Shown: piece by piece, positions 7,108 to 15,630 of the stretch | Numbering within the stretch: position 1 is the stretch's first letter | Layout: every line of letters begins with the position of its first letter | DNA from: a virus | Lineage: Duplodnaviria > Caudoviricetes | DNA: 27,643 bases | Virus record (IMG/VR): IMGVR_UViG_3300008255_000393 | Location: 1-27,643 of that record | Reading direction: 5' to 3' (one strand) | Notes under the pieces: model-generated | Databases searched by the model: none | What the model saw: the letters and a program-made list of their open reading frames with translations, nothing else | Told to the model about the DNA's origin: nothing | Program-made: the position numbers and the translations under genes

Positions 7108-7627
7108 TACTCTTTTCTTTTTTATTAGAAATGAAAGAAATGTTTCTCGTTTTCCTTTGATCAATGTTTATTCTGTCAAATCAAAAAGATATTGGAATAA
7201 TCTTACTCCTGAACAAAGAGTTGAGATTTCTAAGAAGTGTTCTATAGGAACGAAAAGATATTTTGCTAATCGTACTCCTGAACAAAGAGTTGCTTATTCT
7301 GCAATGCGTTCCAGAGTACAGAAAGAAACTATTAAAGCTAATCCACATTTACGTAAAATCCGAGCAAAATCTTTCAGAGAAGTTACCCAAAAGTACTGGG
7401 ATACTGTTGACGAAAAGAAAAAAACTGAACATATTAAAAAAATGAGTGCAGGTATGAAAAATGCTTGGGACTCTGCTGATGAAAATTTTGGACCCAAAAT
7501 TGCCCATGAAAGAAATAGAAAGATTTTTTTAGGTAATAAAATTATTAAAAAAGATTTACCAAGAATCAATGATTATTGCGGAGTTTTAACTTCTTCTCAA
7601 ATGGCTGAATTAAATGGCACGACCTAA
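7094..7627 (+). CDS. basic protein with internal 23-aa repeat; possible homing-endonuclease-derived (NUMOD-like) DNA-binding protein
   Basis: AAGGAG RBS at 7081-7086. KRYWNNLTPEQRV / KRYFANRTPEQRV repeat. Overlaps both terS and terL. Confidence 0.6.
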   Translation: MLIPNTLFFFIRNERNVSRFPLINVYSVKSKRYWNNLTPEQRVEISKKCSIGTKRYFANRTPEQRVAYSAMRSRVQKETIKANPHLRKIRAKSFREVTQKYWDTVDEKKKTEHIKKMSAGMKNAWDSADENFGPKIAHERNRKIFLGNKIIKKDLPRINDYCGVLTSSQMAELNGTT

Positions 7628-9956
7628 AATTATATGGGAGCCATTTGAAGGGGCCCAGAAAAGATTCTTAACTTGTCCTGCATGGGAATGTTTGCTTCAC
7701 GGGAACCGTGGAGGAGGCAAAACTGACGTTCTTATTATGGATTTTCTGCAAGGAGTTGGTGTAGGATACGGACAAGATTACAGAGGACTTTTACTTCGTG
7801 AAGCTACAACAGAGCTTGGTGATGTTATTGCCAAGTGTAAAAAATGGATTCCTCGTATATTTCCTACTGCAACATATAATGGTTCAAGAAAAATATGGAC
7901 TTTTAAAGATGGAGAAAGTCTCTGGTTGAACTATGCACGAACTGAAGATGATTATGAGCAATATCATGGTCATGAATATCCTTGGATTGGATGGGAAGAA
8001 CTTACAAATCATGTACTTCCAAATGTCTATTTGAAGCTTATGTCATGTAATCGATCTTCAAATAAACTAATTCCTAAAAAATATAGAGCTACTTGCAATC
8101 CAAGTGGTCCCGGACATCAATGGGTGAAAGCAAGATTTATTGATTCTGTGCGTCCAGGAAAAATTCATCGAGAAGTAATGGAAATTGAGTATCCTGATAC
8201 TCAAGGCAACACTATTAAAGCGGAATTCACTATTACACGCACACATGTACAAAGTTATGCATCTGAAAATAAAGCTCTTATGGATGCAGATCCCTTGTAT
8301 ATGGCTAAAATATATTCTTTGACTCAAGATGATGAAATGCTTAGAAAAGCATGGATTGATGGTTCATGGGATTTATTAATTGGCGGATATTTTACTGATG
8401 TGTGGGATAAGAAAATTCATGTACTTGAACCATTCTCTATTCCAAAAACTTGGAAATTATTAAGAAGTTTTGACTGGGGTTCTTCAAAGCCTTGGGCAGT
8501 CACATATGGCTTTGAATCAAATGGAGAACAACCAGATATTTGGGGACTTCCGTATATTCCAAAAGGATCTGTTATTATTCCTGGAGAAGTGTATGGTTGG
8601 AATGGTAAAGTAAATGAAGGTGATCGTGCTACTTCTTCTGAGATTGCAGAAAGAGTATTACAAAAAGATGATCTTTTATTCACAGAATTCGGTGTAAAAG
8701 CTTTTCCTGGGCCTGCTGATACGTCAATTTATGATGTACGTGATGGAACATCTATTGGATCAAATCTCGCTTCACATGGTTGCAGATGGACAAGAGCTTA
8801 TAAAGGTCCTGGATCAAGAATTTCTGGATGGTCTTTGATTAGGCAGATGTTAGGAGCTGCAAAGCGTCAAGATAAAGAAATGCCACATTTATATTTCTTT
8901 GATAGAGCAGAACATCATATACGCACATTACCCATAATGCAAAGAGATAAAAAGAATCCGGAGGATATTGATTGCTTTGTTGCGGGAACTTTAGTAAGAA
9001 CAGCTAATGATGACATTCCTATTGAGAATATACAAAACGGAGATTTTGTACAAACACCAATTGGATTACGTGAAGTTATAAAATCTGGTATATCTGGAAA
9101 AAGTAAATTGTGCGAAGTCTCTTTAGAAAATGGGATAATTTTAAAAGGTACTCATAATCATAAAGTATATGTAGAAAATAAGGGATTAGTTCCATTATGT
9201 AAATTGAAAATCGGAGATGTTCTATGTCAAAACTTATCACCTATTTTAGAGGAATCAAATTTACAAGTATCGATGGAGGATATTTTGAATGCCATCCCAA
9301 TAACAGTAAATTTTTTAATGGAACAACATTATTGCACAGAGCAAAATGGTAATTTTATATTGGAAGAATTCCAAAAGAACATGAATTGCATCATAAAAAC
9401 AGAATCAAATTTGATTACCGTCGTAAAAATCTTGAACTACTTCATGGCTCAGATCACGCAAGACTTCACATGCAAGAAAGACTTGAAAAAAGTGGGGATT
9501 TACACGAAAAACTTAAAAGCTGGAGAAAGTCTAAAGAAGGTAAAAAACAGCTTCGATTTAATATTGAAAAGTGCCGTGAAAATACTCCCAAAAGAGAATG
9601 TACGTGCGATTATTGTAATAAATCTTTTATTACAAAACATCCTACAAAAAAATTCTGTTCAATTAAATGCAGAGATTCAATTTCAGGAAAAATTAAAAAA
9701 GAATGTTCAATATGTGGAGAATGGTTTTGGACTAAGTCCCACAAAACAAGAGAAACACAAACTTGCGGTTATGCATGTGGATGGGAATTGCGGAGAAGCA
9801 ATAGTATATAATCTCACTACTGAACAGTCAGGAATGTATTATGCCAATAGTTGTCTAGTTTCTAATACCGATTTGGAGGATCATTTAATGGACTCATTGA
9901 GGTACCTTTTAACAAAAAAAATGACTCTCATGAAGAGAAAAAAGGTAGGTATTTGA
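7614..9956 (+). CDS. terL: terminase large subunit, intein-containing (780-aa precursor, ~482 aa spliced)
   Basis: Walker A GNRGGGKT, Walker B WIGWEE, motif ATCNP, nuclease motifs SFDWG and EDHLMDSLRY. Confidence 0.95.
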   Translation: MARPKIIWEPFEGAQKRFLTCPAWECLLHGNRGGGKTDVLIMDFLQGVGVGYGQDYRGLLLREATTELGDVIAKCKKWIPRIFPTATYNGSRKIWTFKDGESLWLNYARTEDDYEQYHGHEYPWIGWEELTNHVLPNVYLKLMSCNRSSNKLIPKKYRATCNPSGPGHQWVKARFIDSVRPGKIHREVMEIEYPDTQGNTIKAEFTITRTHVQSYASENKALMDADPLYMAKIYSLTQDDEMLRKAWIDGSWDLLIGGYFTDVWDKKIHVLEPFSIPKTWKLLRSFDWGSSKPWAVTYGFESNGEQPDIWGLPYIPKGSVIIPGEVYGWNGKVNEGDRATSSEIAERVLQKDDLLFTEFGVKAFPGPADTSIYDVRDGTSIGSNLASHGCRWTRAYKGPGSRISGWSLIRQMLGAAKRQDKEMPHLYFFDRAEHHIRTLPIMQRDKKNPEDIDCFVAGTLVRTANDDIPIENIQNGDFVQTPIGLREVIKSGISGKSKLCEVSLENGIILKGTHNHKVYVENKGLVPLCKLKIGDVLCQNLSPILEESNLQVSMEDILNAIPITVNFLMEQHYCTEQNGNFILEEFQKNMNCIIKTESNLITVVKILNYFMAQITQDFTCKKDLKKVGIYTKNLKAGESLKKVKNSFDLILKSAVKILPKENVRAIIVINLLLQNILQKNSVQLNAEIQFQEKLKKNVQYVENGFGLSPTKQEKHKLAVMHVDGNCGEAIVYNLTTEQSGMYYANSCLVSNTDLEDHLMDSLRYLLTKKMTLMKRKKVGI
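8973..9866 (+). mobile_element. intein (298 aa) in the TerL nuclease domain
   Basis: Block A CFVAGTLV, block B GTHNHKVYV, block F VYNLTT, block G YYANSCLVSN followed by +1 Thr. Removal restores KNPEDID-TDLEDHLMDSLRY. Confidence 0.93.
9224..9811 (+). pseudogene. HNH homing endonuclease with C-terminal Zn fingers, encoded in the -1 frame inside the intein; premature TAA at 9350-9352
   Basis: GGAG 9213-9216, ATG 9224. Reads MSKLITYFRG...LLHRAKW*FYIGRIPKEHELHHKNRIKFDYRRKNLELLHGSDHARLH...CDYC..CSIKC..CSIC..CGYAC. Confidence 0.85.
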
Positions 9957-9957
9957 T

Positions 9958-11457
9958 ATGGCACAAAAGATAGTTAGTTCCAATTCAGTAAGCAATCATC
10001 ATCCAGATTATGATAAAAAGTATAATTCATGGGTAAAAGTTCGTGATTGTATGGACGGAGAAGATGCAATAAAAGCAAAAAAAGAAAAATATCTTCCAAG
10101 ACCTGAGGGCATGTCCAATGAATATGCCAATGCATATGATTCTTACATTGAAAGGGCACATTTCCCTCTTATTGTTTCTTATGCACTTCAGGGAGCATTG
10201 GGGGTTGTTATAACTAAATTACCTGAATTCAATGTTCCCAAAGAGCTTGAATATATTTTGAGTGACGCGACAAAAGACGGCAGATCGATCCAACAACTTT
10301 TTCTTGATATCATAATTGAAGTTTTTCAAACAGGACGTGTTCCTTTAGTGATTGATGTTGTCAAAGAACTAAATGAATTCAGATTTGTTCAATATCGCGC
10401 TGAAGAGTTCATAAACTGGAAAACATCCTCAATAGACTCTGAGAAAAATTTAATTTTAGGCGTATTTTCTGAATCTATTCCATCTTCTGAAGATATATTT
10501 TCTCACCAATCAGATCAGGTTTATCGCGCTCTTTATTTGAATGAGGAGGGTAATTATACATCTAAAGTATTTGGAGAAAACGAAGAATATTCGGAATTTA
10601 GTGTCACTCCTGTATTTCTAGGAGATCCCATAGATGAAATACCTCTTATAATGGCAGGCTCCATAAATAATAGTTTTAATATGCAGCCTATCCCATTGAT
10701 TTCAGTAGCAAATTGTTCTGTTCAAATATATAGAAAAGAAGCAGATCTGGCAAACAGTGAATTTTTATCTTGCAATCCCACTCTTGTTCTCGTAGGCGCA
10801 TCAAATGAAGCCAATCTTCCGAACGTTGTAGGTTCTTCAGTAATGATTGTTATTCCTAACGAGCAGGCAAGAGTTTTTTATACACAGACTGATACAGCGG
10901 CACTTACTCATGTGAAAGATCACATCAAAGATTTGTATGAAGAAGCTATTCGACATGGTGTATCTATTTTAGATGCTCGTAAAGGTGTTGAAGCTGCTGA
11001 AGCATTGAGAATCAGACAAGCAACGCAATCAGCATCGGTCTATTCTATATATCTTGCTGCAATGAATGCATTGAAGCAGGGACTTGATTTGATGTGTAGA
11101 TGGGCTGGATACAATAGTGAAGAGGTGACACTCGATGCGCCTTCATCTCTGACTTATGGTATTCCAGACTCTACAATCATCAGACAAATTGTAGAAGGAT
11201 TTGGTCAGGGAGTTATTCCTCTTCCAGTTATACACAAATATCTTGTATCTTCTGGATTACTTGACCAAACTGTGAATTATGAGGAATATGTAGATTTGTT
11301 AATTGATCAACAAAAGGTTAAAAAAACAATAGCTGATGCAAATCCAGATGAATTAATCCCTAATGAAGCAAAACCTGATGTAAATAAAACATCAACAAAA
11401 CCTTCTGTCTCTGATGAAACTTTAGAAGCGATTGAAGGGACAGAAAATCAACTTTAA
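9958..11457 (+). CDS. portal protein (DUF4055-like)
   Basis: Directly after terL, ~500 aa, N-terminal HPDY..W..VRD..DGE..IK..YLP pattern. Confidence 0.88.
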   Translation: MAQKIVSSNSVSNHHPDYDKKYNSWVKVRDCMDGEDAIKAKKEKYLPRPEGMSNEYANAYDSYIERAHFPLIVSYALQGALGVVITKLPEFNVPKELEYILSDATKDGRSIQQLFLDIIIEVFQTGRVPLVIDVVKELNEFRFVQYRAEEFINWKTSSIDSEKNLILGVFSESIPSSEDIFSHQSDQVYRALYLNEEGNYTSKVFGENEEYSEFSVTPVFLGDPIDEIPLIMAGSINNSFNMQPIPLISVANCSVQIYRKEADLANSEFLSCNPTLVLVGASNEANLPNVVGSSVMIVIPNEQARVFYTQTDTAALTHVKDHIKDLYEEAIRHGVSILDARKGVEAAEALRIRQATQSASVYSIYLAAMNALKQGLDLMCRWAGYNSEEVTLDAPSSLTYGIPDSTIIRQIVEGFGQGVIPLPVIHKYLVSSGLLDQTVNYEEYVDLLIDQQKVKKTIADANPDELIPNEAKPDVNKTSTKPSVSDETLEAIEGTENQL

Positions 11458-11496
11458 TAAGGGCTTGAGGCCCTGTACTCCTGAGGAGAACTAAAA

Positions 11497-12258
11497 ATGG
11501 AATTTGAATTTATTGAAGACGCAGAACTAAGAGCCAAAGTAGTTGACGCCTATAACAATAGTATTATGGAAATTAAAGATTCCCATAAACTTGCAATGGA
11601 TGAAGCTGTAAATGGTCTTCGCAGTAAAAATGTTGAACTTCTTGACGAAAAGAAACAAACTCAGCAAAAGTTGAAGAAATTTGAGGAGTATGATTTTGAT
11701 GCTGCAAATGAAGCATTGGATTTCTTGAAGAATAATAAAAATGCACAGCTCATTAAAGATGGTAAAGTAGATGAGTTGATTGAAAAAGAAACTTCCACTC
11801 TTCGTTCAGATCATGAGACTGCATTAGGAGAACTTAATGCCAGATTGTCTGAATTGCAAAGACATGGCGAATTGTATGAAAGTCTTTATAAGACTAAAAT
11901 GGTTGAAGATTCTCTTCGTGAAGCTGCCATAGCTGCAAAAATACGTCCTGAAGCAATCACTGATGTATTGCTCCATGGAAGAAATATATTTGCTCTTGCA
12001 GAAGACGGATCTGTTGAAGCCCGTGACACAGAAGGAAAATTGAGAAAGACTGCTGATGATAAAGTTCTCACAACTTCCAACTGGATTGAAGGATTGAAGA
12101 GAACTTCTCCTCATTATTGGCCTGACTCTCTTGGCGCAGGTGCAAGAGGTGGCGGTCCTGGAGATGAAGGTGACTTGACAATTGCTTTGAATCGTGCTGC
12201 GGCAAGCGGGAATATGACAGAATATCGAAGGCTTAGAAAAAAAGCAGGTAAACAATAA
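11497..12258 (+). CDS. capsid scaffolding protein
   Basis: Coiled-coil, charged, with a Gly-rich linker and basic C-terminus (EYRRLRKK); lies between portal and capsid; GAGGAG RBS. Confidence 0.8.
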   Translation: MEFEFIEDAELRAKVVDAYNNSIMEIKDSHKLAMDEAVNGLRSKNVELLDEKKQTQQKLKKFEEYDFDAANEALDFLKNNKNAQLIKDGKVDELIEKETSTLRSDHETALGELNARLSELQRHGELYESLYKTKMVEDSLREAAIAAKIRPEAITDVLLHGRNIFALAEDGSVEARDTEGKLRKTADDKVLTTSNWIEGLKRTSPHYWPDSLGAGARGGGPGDEGDLTIALNRAAASGNMTEYRRLRKKAGKQ

Positions 12259-12266
12259 TTTTTTTC

Positions 12267-12295
12267 TTGACATTGTTTAACCATTAATTTAGTAT
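12267..12295 (+). promoter_or_regulatory. sigma70-type promoter upstream of the major capsid gene
   Basis: TTGACA (12267-12272), 17 nt, TAGTAT (12290-12295). Confidence 0.65.
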
Positions 12296-12448
12296 TGAAT
12301 TGTTATAGTAATCCTTTATAAATGTTTCTGGGAAACATTTAGTCAGACCTTGGGGGTCGGGAAATTACTTTTTTTAAAGGTAGTTCACCGATCCCCAACT
12401 TCTTTTATGATCGGTGAGCAAAATAAATCGATTATGGAGGAAGTTAAA

Positions 12449-13597
12449 ATGGCTAATATCTGGGAACACCCGTCAATCATCGCTGCTGAAGCGCTTCGTC
12501 ACCTGGAGGACGCTCTTGTAATTGCTCCTCTTTGTGCGCGAGACACTACCAGCGAATTCACAAATCGCTCTAACGGTTGGAAAGTTGGAGACACTGTATC
12601 TTTTAGGACACATGGCGAGTATGAAGTAAAAGACTTTGCTGGTTCTATTTCTGCACAAGACATCACCACATCCAGTCGAGCATTGAGTATTGAAAAGCAT
12701 TACGACATTTCAGTACAGGTAACTGCTCGTGAACTGGCACTTGATCTTGATTCTTTTTCTGAACAAGTTATTCGTCCATCTACATATAAACTAGCTGAGA
12801 CAATTGATACCTATCTTGGTACCAAGATTCTTCAAGCTGCCGGACTTTATGCGTCTGACAATCTTTTCACCACTGCCGCTGATATCGCTCTTGCTCGTAA
12901 GGCCGCTATTCTGCAACAGTTGGCAATGAATCGTTTCTGTCTGATCGATCTTGATACAGAAGCAACCCTTCTTGGACAAGAATGGTTCAACCAGCAGCAA
13001 ACTCGTGGCAATGACGGTACCAACACTCTCCGTTCTGCTGATATGGGTTACACTATGGGAATGGATTTCTTTTCCTCTATCGCATTTCCGACTCAAGCGC
13101 ATACCGCAGGAACTATGGTCTGTGTTACTAACAATGATGGCGGCGCAGCTAATCTAATTGGTAATACTACTCTTACAGTTGATACTCAAACTGCTGGACA
13201 AACTCTTGCTGCCGGTGACCGTCTTGCTATCGCTGGTGTTCGTCGTCCTCTCGTTGTGAAAACTGCTATTGCTGATACTTCCGCTACCACTTCTGTAGCT
13301 CTTGTTGATCCTATCACTGAACTTATTCCTGATGATGCTGCCGTAACTGTAGTTGGTTCTGGTCAAGCTATGACTTATCGTGGAGCAATTTTTGATGATC
13401 GTTCACTTGCTGTAGCTTTCCCGATGCTTGATCTTCCTGAAGATAAAGTATCTGCTGTTGCTTCAAATAATGGTGTTTCTATTCGTATCGTAAAAGGATA
13501 TGATCTGAACAGCAAAACGACCACTATGTCTCTTGATCTGTTGGTTGGTTCTTTCATGCTTGATCCTCGCCGGACCACGCTTCTTGCAGGTTATTAA
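12449..13597 (+). CDS. major capsid protein, P22 coat-like (382 aa)
   Basis: MAN....IIAAEALRHLE, KVGDTVSFR and C-terminal YD....TMSLDLLVG..LDP motifs. GGAGG at 12436-12440 gives a start at 12449. Confidence 0.9.
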   Translation: MANIWEHPSIIAAEALRHLEDALVIAPLCARDTTSEFTNRSNGWKVGDTVSFRTHGEYEVKDFAGSISAQDITTSSRALSIEKHYDISVQVTARELALDLDSFSEQVIRPSTYKLAETIDTYLGTKILQAAGLYASDNLFTTAADIALARKAAILQQLAMNRFCLIDLDTEATLLGQEWFNQQQTRGNDGTNTLRSADMGYTMGMDFFSSIAFPTQAHTAGTMVCVTNNDGGAANLIGNTTLTVDTQTAGQTLAAGDRLAIAGVRRPLVVKTAIADTSATTSVALVDPITELIPDDAAVTVVGSGQAMTYRGAIFDDRSLAVAFPMLDLPEDKVSAVASNNGVSIRIVKGYDLNSKTTTMSLDLLVGSFMLDPRRTTLLAGY

Positions 13598-13632
13598 TCT
13601 GTAGAATCTTGAATTAAATGGGAGTTCTCAAA

Positions 13633-13839
13633 ATGAGAAAACTTTATAAAACAGGCGTAGAGTGTACGGTGGACGATCATCAAGTTGACATTCTGTTGAA
13701 TAGTGGATGGTCAAAAACTCCTATAAAAGACACTTCTAAGCCAGAAGAAGAAATATCCTCTGAAGAAGTATCCTCTGAAGATGATGTTTCGAAAAAAGTT
13801 GTAAAACGCAGAATAAAAAAGATCGATAAAGAGGAGTAA
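13633..13839 (+). CDS. small hypothetical head-associated protein
   Basis: GGGAG RBS before ATG 13633; typical position after the capsid gene. Confidence 0.7.
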   Translation: MRKLYKTGVECTVDDHQVDILLNSGWSKTPIKDTSKPEEEISSEEVSSEDDVSKKVVKRRIKKIDKEE

Positions 13840-13843
13840 TTAG

Positions 13844-14347
13844 ATGGCTTTAAATGCCACTGTAGGCTCTCCAGATGCCAATTCTTATGTGACAGAAGAA
13901 GAAGCAACAGTTTATTTTTCTGATAGAACCCATGTTGAGAAATGGGAAGCATTCAGCAATAAATCTCAAGCTCTTGTAACTGCTTCACAGATGTTGGATT
14001 GGTATGTAAAATGGAAAGGACTTAGATCAACGACGACTCAATCAATGGCATGGCCCAGAACAGGGGTTGTGCGCGGAGATAGATCATCGGTAGCTATTGA
14101 TACACTTCCTTCTGAGTTGAAAGTGGCCGTATATGAGTTAGCCTTGTCCTCTCTTGATTCTGATAGAACAGCAGATGATCCACTTGCAGGAATTGAACAA
14201 GTAAAAGCTGGATCATTAATGGTAAAAGCTGATAACGGTGATAATAATTCTACAGCCAGAGATACTATACCTGAGAAAATTTACAGAATTTTAAAGGATT
14301 TGTATCTGAGTGGAAGTATTAATGTCGTTCGTTTGATGAGAGCTTGA
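13844..14347 (+). CDS. head-tail adaptor (DnaT-like family)
   Basis: ANSYVT..EA..YF, WKG.R....Q.MAWPR and LP.ELK.A.YELA motifs. Confidence 0.8.
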   Translation: MALNATVGSPDANSYVTEEEATVYFSDRTHVEKWEAFSNKSQALVTASQMLDWYVKWKGLRSTTTQSMAWPRTGVVRGDRSSVAIDTLPSELKVAVYELALSSLDSDRTADDPLAGIEQVKAGSLMVKADNGDNNSTARDTIPEKIYRILKDLYLSGSINVVRLMRA

Positions 14348-14348
14348 T

Positions 14349-14702
14349 ATGAGCTTAAAAACTGTTTTTCAGAAAGGGGTTAATATCTCATTCAGTATAT
14401 TTAACGAAGCTGTTAAAAACGCTAAATATACTGTTAAAACTGATAATGGTTTTGAAGATGCAACTGTTGTTGAGCATGATGTACGTGTAATCTTAGATAA
14501 GTTTAGTCAAGAAGACATTACATCGAGTTCATTTTCTCAAATACAGCCAACCGACACAAAAGCTATGATTCCCGGCACAGATTTATTGGTGCCCATGCAC
14601 ACTGGTAATGAATTAAATGTAGAGGGTCGTGTTTTTACGATAGTTGCTTTTGAAACTGATCCTTATGAAGCATTATTTACTTTATTGGTGAGGGACGTGT
14701 AA
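14349..14702 (+). CDS. head closure / head-tail joining protein
   Basis: Size, beta-rich pattern and synteny. Confidence 0.65.
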   Translation: MSLKTVFQKGVNISFSIFNEAVKNAKYTVKTDNGFEDATVVEHDVRVILDKFSQEDITSSSFSQIQPTDTKAMIPGTDLLVPMHTGNELNVEGRVFTIVAFETDPYEALFTLLVRDV

Positions 14703-15175
14703 TGAGTACCGTATCTGCATCTAAAATGGGCGTTGAGCTTAGAAATATGGCAACGAACATGAGAAGAAATACACAGTTAACGCTTTATAGAGAAGGATCT
14801 TTGCTTCTGAGAGATATTAAAAACAGAGCACCCGTTGATTCCGGTACGTATCAAAAAAGATGGGTTCTTTTCAGAAATAGATTTTCTTCTGGAAATATTT
14901 TAACTGGTATTTCGATATCAAACAATACTCCATATGCAATTTATATGGAACAGGGTGCTGAAGTTGGAGGGGCTCCTTGGTTTTATCCAAATCCAAAAAA
15001 GAAGCGTTCTGGTAAGCTAGTACGTAGAAACGGCAGAGTATGGGCAGGGGGATTAAACCCCGGACACGCGAACACTGTAGGCGGCGCAATTGGACCTATT
15101 ATCGCAAACAATGCCCAAAGACAAAAGAAACTTTCAAATGCTTTAGCCGACAGTATAATTGGTGGACTTAAATGA
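14702..15175 (+). CDS. HK97 gp10-like tail completion protein
   Basis: APVDSGTY and NNTPYAIYMEQG motifs. Confidence 0.8.
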   Translation: MSTVSASKMGVELRNMATNMRRNTQLTLYREGSLLLRDIKNRAPVDSGTYQKRWVLFRNRFSSGNILTGISISNNTPYAIYMEQGAEVGGAPWFYPNPKKKRSGKLVRRNGRVWAGGLNPGHANTVGGAIGPIIANNAQRQKKLSNALADSIIGGLK

Positions 15176-15615
15176 TAAATCGTGAACTTGGATTATTAGA
15201 AATAAAAGAGCGCCTAAAAGAGAATTATGTTGCAATAGGTTTGACTACTTTTAGACGTAATCCAACAGAAGCGTTGAGGGAAGAACAATTTCCCTATGTC
15301 ATTATGGAAGAGGGTGTTGATCAGATTATTGAGCGTTCCGGCAGAAATAAGACTGGATATCCTGCCAAAAGAGTGCTTGAAGTCATTTTAGAAATTGGCA
15401 CACTTAACACCACCAATATACGTGATTTATATAATAAGGTGCGCACGGTAATTTTTACTGAAAGAGGGACAGATCCTCCAGTATTTACACCGATAGTAGC
15501 TCAAAATGTTTTCATTAATGAGAATCGCACAGAAGGTCCTACAGGAGTAGATATTCCTGGAATATTGGTAATGAGATTAGTATTAGATTTAGTTTATACA
15601 GATAACGGATTCTAA
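15172..15615 (+). CDS. tail terminator protein
   Basis: Synteny (just before the tail tube gene), size, and FPYVIMEEG motif. Confidence 0.65.
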   Translation: MINRELGLLEIKERLKENYVAIGLTTFRRNPTEALREEQFPYVIMEEGVDQIIERSGRNKTGYPAKRVLEVILEIGTLNTTNIRDLYNKVRTVIFTERGTDPPVFTPIVAQNVFINENRTEGPTGVDIPGILVMRLVLDLVYTDNGF

Positions 15616-15630
15616 AGGAGGATTCATATT

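Noticed and set aside
8973-9866. Group I intron explanation for the terL insertion
   Set aside because: The insertion is in frame and stop-free, with clear intein blocks at both junctions.
12350-12448. N-terminal extension of the capsid protein given by the ORF track
   Set aside because: The RBS and the family-typical MAN start support ATG 12449; the upstream part is a structured leader.
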